Shown here in pieces: positions 8,583 to 15,457 of a stretch of 16,675 nucleotides of DNA. The notes beneath the pieces were generated by a model that saw only the letters and a program-made list of their open reading frames with translations, was not told the DNA's origin and did no database searches. The translations under genes were made by a program, and so were the position numbers. This DNA is from Polyangiaceae bacterium (GTDB lineage: Bacteria > Myxococcota_A > Polyangia > Polyangiales > Polyangiaceae), in NCBI GenBank assembly GCA_044222475.1, contig JBGANF010000159.1:1-16675 (forward strand), written 5' to 3'. Every line of letters begins with the position of its first letter. Position 1 is the stretch's first letter.

Positions 8583-8993
8583 GTGGCTCGGATTCATCAC
8601 GAGGTTCGGATCGGACGTCTGATCGAGCTTCGATTCCCTGCGGATCTCACGGTGGACGGGGTCGCGGCCATGCGCAGTCGATCCGTCGAGCTGGCCACGA
8701 ACGCGAAGACGCGCCTCGTCGCGATCGTCGACGCGCGCGAGAGTCACGTCTACCCGCCCGAGGTCGTCGACGGCCTCGTTCACCTGATGAAGGGACAGAA
8801 CGCCAACATCGAGCGGACCGCGTTCGTCATCGCCGATCGCGCGACCTTCTCGCTCCAAGCCGAGCGGATGATCCGCGAAGCGGCGAACCCCAATCGCAGG
8901 GCGTTCCGCAGCGCCGAGGTCGCGGCAGCATGGCTCGACGAGGTGCTCGACGCGCACGAGCGCGCACGCGTCCGCGCGTTCCTCGGCCTGTGA
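8583..8993 (+). CDS. STAS/SEC14 (SpoIIAA-like) domain protein
   Basis: 136 aa; VAIVDARE, RTAFVIAD, and the terminal RAFRSAEVAAAWLDE typical of myxobacterial STAS/SEC14-like proteins. Confidence 0.7.
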   Translation: MARIHHEVRIGRLIELRFPADLTVDGVAAMRSRSVELATNAKTRLVAIVDARESHVYPPEVVDGLVHLMKGQNANIERTAFVIADRATFSLQAERMIREAANPNRRAFRSAEVAAAWLDEVLDAHERARVRAFLGL

Positions 8994-8997
8994 CGCG

Positions 8998-9810
8998 TCA
9001 GGGCATCTCGCCGACGACCCGCTTCGGCGGCGTGCCGTCGAGGAGATCGGTCGGGCTGCACTTGTCGATGTGCCCGAGTAGCCCGCGGTAGATCCCGAAG
9101 CCGGCGAGCTTGCGCAGTCGGGGCGAGAACGTGCGAGCGACGTCGATCGGGATGCCGAGCTGCTGGTTCTCTTGCTGACGAATCCAGCCGGCGCAGTAGT
9201 TCATCGCGATGCCGATGCGGGTCTCGCTCGTGGTGTTCGCGCCGCCGCCGTGCCAGATGCTGCCGTTGAAGACGAGCACGCTGCCTCGCTTCATCACCGC
9301 GGGGATCGTCTCGTGGGTTTCGCCGAAGGTCGGCGCGTGATCGCGGAGGTGGCTCGCGGGGATGACGCGTGTCGCGCCGTTCTCGGGGGTGAAGTCGGTG
9401 AGGGCCCACATCGTGTTGCACACGATCGGGACGTGCGGACGCGGGAGCGGGATCAGCATGTCGTCGGCGTGAATCGGCTGCGCGATCTCGCCGGGGCCGA
9501 TCGCAATCGACGAGAGCGACGACACGAGGCAGCCCTTGTCGAGGACGCGCTCGACGATCGGGAGCACGTCGTCGTGGACCGGGATCGCCTGGAAGATGGG
9601 GCTGCGTGCGAGGAGGTTGTAGACCCGGAGGGTCTTCGTGCCTTCGAACGGGTTCGCGGCCGGGCGCACGTCGAGCTCGACGTGGAGCTTCTGCACCTCG
9701 GCCGCGAGCGCGTCGACGAGCGCGAGGTCGATGGCGTCCTCGACGATGGTGTAGCCGTCGCGCGCGATCGCAGCCGCGTGGCGATCGGCGAGCTCGGAGG
9801 TGAGTGTCAC
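8998..9810 (-). CDS. Phytanoyl-CoA dioxygenase (PhyH) family Fe(II)/2-oxoglutarate oxygenase
   Basis: GTG at 9810 overlaps the upstream stop (GTGA); RDGYTIVEDAI, QPIHADD (HxD), WALTDFTPENGATRVIPASH, GSIWHGGGAN...R, WIRQQEN. Confidence 0.92.
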   Translation of the reverse strand: MTLTSELADRHAAAIARDGYTIVEDAIDLALVDALAAEVQKLHVELDVRPAANPFEGTKTLRVYNLLARSPIFQAIPVHDDVLPIVERVLDKGCLVSSLSSIAIGPGEIAQPIHADDMLIPLPRPHVPIVCNTMWALTDFTPENGATRVIPASHLRDHAPTFGETHETIPAVMKRGSVLVFNGSIWHGGGANTTSETRIGIAMNYCAGWIRQQENQQLGIPIDVARTFSPRLRKLAGFGIYRGLLGHIDKCSPTDLLDGTPPKRVVGEMP

Positions 9811-10883
9811 GGCGAGCAGGTCACCGAGTTGATGACCGTGCCGCCTCCGTGGTTGGCGAGGATGCTGGTGCCCTGGTACCAGACGTTCACGGCGACGCCG
9901 AACTCGGGCATCGGTCCCATGTTGGTACCGATGCTCGGGCAGCTGAAGCCGCCGACGCCGAGCGCGGTCGCCGTGGTGAACGACGTGGCCGTGGACGTGG
10001 TGCTGCCCGTCTTCAGCTTGCAGAAGATGTCGGCGTCGGCCTGGTCGCAGCTGCTCGCGCCTCCCCACGAGCAGCTGCCGTTGCAGTAGAGCTGCGGAAC
10101 CTGGGAGAAGTCGAGCTTGCACTCGTTCTTGGTCGCGGGGGCGCGGCACGTGACCTGGCCGCCGCTGGGGACGTTCAGGGTGCCGTCGCAGCGCTCGCCC
10201 GAGTCGATGACGTTGTTGCCGCAAGTGGTGGCGATGCAGGTGCCTTGGCCGCAGACCGGCGTTCCGCCGCTGCAGGCGGTGCCGCACTTCCCGCAGTTCG
10301 CCTTGTCGGTCTTGGTGTCGACCTCGCAGCCGTCGCCGAGCGTCTTGTTGCAGTCTGCATATCCCGGATCGCAGCTGGTGATCGCGCACGCGCCGGCGAC
10401 GCACCCGAGCGTGCCCTTGGTCGGCTGGGGGAGCTTCGTGCAGTCCTTGCCGCATGCGCCGCAGTTCAGGGGATCGGTCTGGGTGTCGGTGCAGACCAGG
10501 CCAGCGTCGACGCCGGCGTCGTCGGTCGAGCCGCACGTCGCCTTGGTCCCGCAGTCGAGGACGCAGGTGCCGGCGCTGCACTTGAAGCCGATGTTGCACG
10601 CGTTGCCGCACTTGCCGCAGTTCTTCGGGTCCGTGTCGGAGACGACGCAGGTGGTGCCGCACTTGATCTCGTTCGCGGCGCAGTTCAGCTTGCACTGACC
10701 CTGGGAACAGACCTGGCCGGTGGGGCAGCCGCCCTCGCAGACGAGAGCCGCGTCCTTCGGACCGCCGTCGGTCGTGGTGGACGCGTCGAGGTCGGGCGTC
10801 GTCGCGATCTGGCCCTGCGCGCAGGCGCCGATCGCAACGACGATGAACGAGAAGCCCAGAGCCCCGAACGCCAAGGAACGCAT
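9807..10883 (-). CDS. Cys-rich surface lipoprotein with Stig1-like repeats, a myxococcal Cys-rich (DUF4215-like) repeat and an unassigned C-terminal domain
   Basis: ATG at 10883; signal MRSLAFGALGFSFIVVAIGAC; three TD..NCG.CG..C repeats; CGNNVIDSGERCD. Confidence 0.82.
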   Translation of the reverse strand: MRSLAFGALGFSFIVVAIGACAQGQIATTPDLDASTTTDGGPKDAALVCEGGCPTGQVCSQGQCKLNCAANEIKCGTTCVVSDTDPKNCGKCGNACNIGFKCSAGTCVLDCGTKATCGSTDDAGVDAGLVCTDTQTDPLNCGACGKDCTKLPQPTKGTLGCVAGACAITSCDPGYADCNKTLGDGCEVDTKTDKANCGKCGTACSGGTPVCGQGTCIATTCGNNVIDSGERCDGTLNVPSGGQVTCRAPATKNECKLDFSQVPQLYCNGSCSWGGASSCDQADADIFCKLKTGSTTSTATSFTTATALGVGGFSCPSIGTNMGPMPEFGVAVNVWYQGTSILANHGGGTVINSVTCSP

Positions 10884-10889
10884 CCTCGA

Positions 10890-10938
10890 AGAATACGCGG
10901 TTTGCATCGACGGCGCACCTCGGCAGAGAATGCCATTC
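10890..10938 (-). promoter_or_regulatory. Putative leaderless -10 (TATTCT) plus upstream dyad operator in the AraC divergon
   Basis: TATTCT on the minus strand (10895-10890) ends 6 nt before the ATG at 10883; dyads GGCA-N5-TGCC (10922-10934) and GAATG-C-CATTC (10928-10938). Confidence 0.35.
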
Positions 10939-11733
10939 ATGCTCCGAGCCGAAGGCCGCGAGGCGTTCGCGAACGCGCCGACGGGGCGATTCATCGCCGG
11001 CCGAACGTGGCTGCATTTCTGCGCGAATCCGGAGCTCTTCGGGGTCGCGTTCTTCGGCAAGCCGGACGCGAACGACGTCGCGGCGTTGGTGCAGTCGCTC
11101 GTGGTGGAGCTCGGGGCGGGGGTGGTGCCGCACGCGTCGCTCGTGGACGCGAGCCGCCTCGAGCGGGTGGACCCGGGCGCGTTCGAGGTGCTCGCCACGT
11201 ACGTGCGTGACCGACGCGCCGACTTGGGCGCGCGCGTGATGCGCCTCGCGTTGGTGCGGCCGGCCGGCATCGAGGGGGCCGTCGTGGCGGGGTTCTACCC
11301 GGTGAGCGGCGCGCCCTATCCGGTGTCGCTGTTCGAGGACGCGCGCGCGGCGCTCGCGTGGCTCGGGTCGGAGGCGTCGCTCGCCGACGAGCTCGCGTCG
11401 TGCGTCGACGAAGCGCGCGGTGAGCCGGCGCTGCTGGGTGCCCTGCGGGCGCTCCTGCGGGGGCGGCTCGCGGACGCGACGGTGGACGAAGCGTGCCGCG
11501 TGTTGGGCGTGAGCGAGCGAACGCTCCAGCGGCGTCTACAGGATGCGGGGACGACGTTTCAGACCGAGCTCACGGGAGCACGCATCGAGGAAGCGAAGCG
11601 CCGGCTTCACGCGAGCGACGCGCCGATCACCACCATCGCGCTCGACGTGGGCTACCAATCGCTACAGCATTTCAGCGCTGCGTTTCACAAGGCGACCGGG
11701 ATGGCACCGAGCGCGTGGCGCAAGCGGCAGTAG
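10930..11733 (+). CDS. AraC-family transcriptional regulator with N-terminal STAS/SEC14-like domain
   Basis: C-terminal double HTH (VDEACRVLGVSERTLQRRL...GTTF...ITTIALDVGYQSLQHFSAAFHKATGMAPSAWR); N-terminal SLVDASRL...RLALV...LFEDARAALAWL. Start at ATG 10930 or 10939. Confidence 0.9.
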   Translation: MPFMLRAEGREAFANAPTGRFIAGRTWLHFCANPELFGVAFFGKPDANDVAALVQSLVVELGAGVVPHASLVDASRLERVDPGAFEVLATYVRDRRADLGARVMRLALVRPAGIEGAVVAGFYPVSGAPYPVSLFEDARAALAWLGSEASLADELASCVDEARGEPALLGALRALLRGRLADATVDEACRVLGVSERTLQRRLQDAGTTFQTELTGARIEEAKRRLHASDAPITTIALDVGYQSLQHFSAAFHKATGMAPSAWRKRQ

Positions 11734-11748
11734 CAGGGCTTCTCCACC

Positions 11749-12963
11749 TCAGAGAGTGGCCGTGCTCAGTGCCGTGTGGTGGAAACCCAGGCGAGGATCG
11801 TCCAACGGCCCGAAGTGCTCGGGGAAGAAGCGCTGGATCGACGGGAACGGCACCCGGTGCACCACGCGCAGATCCGGCAACGAGTAGACGATCACCTCGT
11901 TGAGCCCGCGGTGCGCCGAGAGGAGGTATTTCCCATCCGGCGAACGCTGGAGACCGTAGCTCCCATCCAGCGTGCTGAACCGCGTCGCGCGGAGCGCCTT
12001 GAGCAGCACGTGCGTGTTCCCGGGCAAGTTGGCGCGCGACGCGCTCTCGACCAGGTTCGAGAACGCGGTCCGCCAATGCCGAAGGGCTCGGAGCGAGCTC
12101 GGCCGCTCGTCGACGAAGTGAACCTCGCTGAACGTCGCCAGGTCCGCGCGGACGAGGACGCCGGAGGCGCACGAGTTGTAGAATACATGTTCTTCGGTGA
12201 CGACGACGTCGGACGTCAGGGCGACTGGGAGATCCTTCGGGATCGTCAGGTGGCGGGTGACCTTCGCCGAGGGTCCGTCGATCTCGAAGAGGTAGTTCTT
12301 GAAGTGCGCGATCGTGTACTCGTTGAAGTCCGTGCCGTCCTGCGGCGCGCACCGTTGAGTCGGCGCGTAGAAGACGTCACGGGTCGGGTGCACGCCGAGG
12401 TGCCACACCGTCGCGGGAAGCTCCACGACGCGATGGGTCCGCGTCTCGAGGTCGAACACGCCGGCCTGGTTGGCGTAGCCGTCGTGGTCGTGATCCATGG
12501 CCCCGTAGAACAGGTAGCGCCCCGACGGCGAGCGCTTGAGCGCGTGCGGCAGCGTGACGCCGTGCGCGCCGAGGCGCACCGGATTCTCGAGATCGTCGAC
12601 GTCGAACTCCCAGAAATCGGGCCCGAGCACGGTGATGAACCGCCGCGGTCCGGTCCAGACGACGTGCGTCTGGCTCGAGTAGAAGACCTTCGGCGCGACG
12701 AAGCGCAGCGTCGACAGCCGCGACACCTCCTTCATCGTCCGCGGATCGAAGAGCAGGATCGTCTGCGACAGGTTGCCGAGAAACCCGAGCTTGCCGTCGG
12801 GCGCGATCTGGAGCGCGTGCCCGCCGGCGAGGCCGTCGAAGTACTTCACGTCGACGTCCCATCGGTTTGCCGCGGGATCGCAGCGGAGCCGCGCCACGCC
12901 GGCGAAACCTTCGAAGCCGTTCAAGCCGTTGCCGTCGAGGGCGATGAAATAGTCGAACGCCAT
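11749..12963 (-). CDS. Uncharacterised cytoplasmic ~7-bladed beta-propeller, His-rich (possible metalloenzyme)
   Basis: AGGAG RBS 8 nt upstream; blade motifs HALQIAPDGK, HALKRSPSGR, HLGVHP, YGLQRSPDGK; no signal peptide. Confidence 0.7.
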   Translation of the reverse strand: MAFDYFIALDGNGLNGFEGFAGVARLRCDPAANRWDVDVKYFDGLAGGHALQIAPDGKLGFLGNLSQTILLFDPRTMKEVSRLSTLRFVAPKVFYSSQTHVVWTGPRRFITVLGPDFWEFDVDDLENPVRLGAHGVTLPHALKRSPSGRYLFYGAMDHDHDGYANQAGVFDLETRTHRVVELPATVWHLGVHPTRDVFYAPTQRCAPQDGTDFNEYTIAHFKNYLFEIDGPSAKVTRHLTIPKDLPVALTSDVVVTEEHVFYNSCASGVLVRADLATFSEVHFVDERPSSLRALRHWRTAFSNLVESASRANLPGNTHVLLKALRATRFSTLDGSYGLQRSPDGKYLLSAHRGLNEVIVYSLPDLRVVHRVPFPSIQRFFPEHFGPLDDPRLGFHHTALSTATL

Positions 12964-12975
12964 GGTCGTCTCTCC

Positions 12976-13782
12976 TCAGTTCCCTTCCGGGTGTTCCACG
13001 TACTTGCGAATGACCTTCGCCAAGCGCCCCGCACCGGCGCCGTCGACCACGCGGTGGTCGAACGTCGCGCACAGGCGGAGCGTCGGCCTCGGGACCACGA
13101 CGTCACCGACGACGGTGGGCCGGCTCTGAATCTCGCTCAGTAGCAGGAGCATCGCGCAGCGCCCGAGCGGGAGGAACGGCGCGAACGCGGTGTCGATGCC
13201 GAACGGGCCCACGTTCGTGATCACCGCGGTTCCGAACGGGTCGCGCGGCATCCCTTGCGACGGCAGGTGGAGATGAAGCTCGTTCGTCGCCGTGTCGGTC
13301 AGCCGCAGGAGCGGACCGGTGAGCCACCACGGCAATCCTCCGAGGAGGTTGCGGCTCTTCGTGTAGTTGCGATCGGTGCCGGTGCGCACGGAGCGAACCT
13401 CCCGCTGAACCGCAGCCGCCATCCCCTCGAGCGAGAGCCCATCCGCGGCGTCGACGCGGACGCCGGAGAGATCCTTCCCGCCTTCGGTCGCCACCGACAC
13501 GAAGAGGTCGACGGTGTCCCGCCGCTCGATCCGTCCGCCGAAGCGGACCTTGCAGTTGAGATCCGGGTTCTCGGCGAACGCCCGCGCGACCGCGCGCGCC
13601 ACGACGTGGGTGATCGTGAGCTTCACGTTCGACGTCTCGCGGTGGCGCGCGATGAACGCGAGCGTGTCGGTCACGTCGATGTCCATCGACCCGTAGATCG
13701 TCGGGTCGGACGGCTTGCTCCACATCGCCGCCGCGACGCGACGAAAGGTCGAGGGGTGCTCTTCGATGCTGAAGGTGGTCAT
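12976..13782 (-). CDS. 2-oxoacid dehydrogenase E2-type acyltransferase, catalytic domain only
   Basis: ATG at 13782 overlaps the upstream stop (ATGA); FRRVAAAMW, GTAVITNVG and catalytic TFDHRVVDG; 268 aa with no lipoyl or E3-binding domain. Confidence 0.88.
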   Translation of the reverse strand: MTTFSIEEHPSTFRRVAAAMWSKPSDPTIYGSMDIDVTDTLAFIARHRETSNVKLTITHVVARAVARAFAENPDLNCKVRFGGRIERRDTVDLFVSVATEGGKDLSGVRVDAADGLSLEGMAAAVQREVRSVRTGTDRNYTKSRNLLGGLPWWLTGPLLRLTDTATNELHLHLPSQGMPRDPFGTAVITNVGPFGIDTAFAPFLPLGRCAMLLLLSEIQSRPTVVGDVVVPRPTLRLCATFDHRVVDGAGAGRLAKVIRKYVEHPEGN

Positions 13783-15386
13783 TGGCATCCGTGAAAGGCG
13801 AAGGCGCCCGTCGGTTGAGGTCCAGAGGAGAGGACGACCTTGGAGTCCGGCGACACGTTGAACGCCGTCGTCGTCCGCGTTCCGCAGTTGAACGCCGCGC
13901 TCGCCGGCGCCGAGCCGATCGTGTTGCCGCCGAGGACGAGCGGCGCCGCGACGGTCCCGCCGCCCTCGACGTTCACGTTGATCTTCGCGCCGTCGACGAC
14001 GTTCTGAGTCACCGTGCCGCCGAGCGTGTTCCCCGAGAGGTACCAAGGGTGCGGTCCGAGCTGGATCCCGAAGTCGCACTTCAGGGATCCGCAGTGGATG
14101 TCGTTGCTCTGGACCACGGCGCCGGTGAAGTCTCCCGGCGTCGTGCCGTTGAAGTTGTCGAGCATCAGCCCGGCGTAGGCGCCTTGGGCCGATTGGGAGA
14201 TCAGGTTCCCCGTGATGATCGCGTCTCGTGCGCCGCCGACGATGAGCCCGACGTCGCTGTTGTCGAGGAACTGGTTCGACTGCACCTTCGCGCCGTTCGA
14301 CCGGAGGAGCGTCAGCCCATCGGCCCACATCATGTTCGCGACGTGGTCACCGTTGCTGCGGAACAGGCTCCCGGCGATCGTCGCTTGGTCGCCGATCCAC
14401 TCGAACCCGCTCCCGCACAGCGCGTTCACCGAGGCCGACGCGAGGAACGAGCAACCCTCGCAGCTCGGGGTCGAAGCGTTGAACCCCCAACCAGTGTCGC
14501 CCTGCGCGCAGCGCTGCGCGGCGACGCTGCCGAGTCGCTTCGCACGGTTGCCGTCGATGGCGACGTGATCGAGCGCGACGCTCGAGGTCGCACCGATGCG
14601 AACGATGCCGCGCGGCGCCAGCAGGTTCTCGTCTGCGCGAAGCACCGCGCACGGCGGGCCGTTCGGCGAGAGGCACGCGTCTCCCGTCGCGCCGCGCGTC
14701 TTCAGGGTGATCGGCTTCGCGATCGCGACCTCGCTCGTGATGCGGTAGGTGCCCGGCGGCAGCTCGAGCGTCGCCCCCGGCGTCGCGGAGTCGATGCACG
14801 ACTGGAGCGCCGCCGAGGCGGACGTCGCCCCGGTGAGGTCGACGGTCACGCCGTTGCAGAGCACGTTCGACGACGGCTGCGGGGGGGCGTTTCCGGTGAC
14901 GGTGATCGTGTGAAGCGGGCTCGACTGGGAGAGCCACGCGACCCCCTCGTGGACGATCGCCCATCCCCAGGAGTGCGCGCCCGGCGCCGGAGCCTGAGCG
15001 GCGATCGGAATCGTGATCTTCGTCCCGGACGGGACGTCGAAGCCCAGGGGGATTCGCGTCACGCCCCACCGCGCGTCGTCGCGCGGGGAGGCGAAACCGA
15101 GCTTGTAGCCGCTCGGGTCGTGCGCCGACGTGGCGTTCCACGTCGTGCCGCTGCAGTTCGCGAACGTCACCGACGCCGTCACCGCCGAGCCCGAGGCGAC
15201 CGATCCAGGCGGCGCGACCTCGGACACGAAGCGCGCCGGAGGATCCGACGGACTGCACTGGATCGGCGTCGGGGGATCGAGCGGCGCCGCATCCGAGCCG
15301 ACCGGCCCATCGTTCGAGCCGCAGTCGACGATCAGTGCAGCGAGCGCCACTCGTGTCACGGTTCGCATCGGCAGCTTCATGGGCAT
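13779..15386 (-). CDS. Secreted or lipoprotein with NBR1-type Ig-like domain and right-handed parallel beta-helix (pectin lyase-like fold)
   Basis: Start among the ATGs at 15386/15380/15368; hydrophobic N-terminus ending LIVDC; ARFVSE...VTFANCSGTTW...YKLG...WG...DVPSG...AP...EGVAW (NBR1-Ig-like); ALQSCID...LELPPGTYRI and Asn/Gly-rich beta-helix coils (WADGLTL, DNSDVGL). Confidence 0.75.
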   Translation of the reverse strand: MPMKLPMRTVTRVALAALIVDCGSNDGPVGSDAAPLDPPTPIQCSPSDPPARFVSEVAPPGSVASGSAVTASVTFANCSGTTWNATSAHDPSGYKLGFASPRDDARWGVTRIPLGFDVPSGTKITIPIAAQAPAPGAHSWGWAIVHEGVAWLSQSSPLHTITVTGNAPPQPSSNVLCNGVTVDLTGATSASAALQSCIDSATPGATLELPPGTYRITSEVAIAKPITLKTRGATGDACLSPNGPPCAVLRADENLLAPRGIVRIGATSSVALDHVAIDGNRAKRLGSVAAQRCAQGDTGWGFNASTPSCEGCSFLASASVNALCGSGFEWIGDQATIAGSLFRSNGDHVANMMWADGLTLLRSNGAKVQSNQFLDNSDVGLIVGGARDAIITGNLISQSAQGAYAGLMLDNFNGTTPGDFTGAVVQSNDIHCGSLKCDFGIQLGPHPWYLSGNTLGGTVTQNVVDGAKINVNVEGGGTVAAPLVLGGNTIGSAPASAAFNCGTRTTTAFNVSPDSKVVLSSGPQPTGAFAFHGCQ

Positions 15387-15457
15387 GGAAGTACCGCGCG
15401 GTCGGAAATGGCGCTGCCGGCCCCCCGCCAATCGCTTGTGCGCGGGCGCCAAAGGCC

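Noticed and set aside
6405..8957. 850-aa version of the DUF4139 protein
   Set aside because: The extension overlaps the STAS/SEC14 gene on the opposite strand, and the signal peptide begins near 8537.
10180..10760. Repeated GCCGCAC/GCCGCAGTT motifs resembling a DNA repeat array
   Set aside because: These encode the NCG.CG protein repeats; there is no CRISPR-like constant repeat/spacer structure.
8998..11133. 711-aa ORF suggesting a long N-terminal fusion to PhyH
   Set aside because: The upstream ~440 codons are an Arg-rich off-frame reading of the Cys-rich lipoprotein gene; the real start is the GTG at 9810.
12976..14328. 450-aa version of E2 that might include a lipoyl domain
   Set aside because: The extension is an off-frame reading of the beta-helix gene and has no lipoyl-lysine motif.
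15387..15457. Possible riboswitch or terminator in the intergenic gap
   Set aside because: Only ~70 bp, with no recognisable cobalamin-box or other riboswitch motif and no stem followed by a U-tract.
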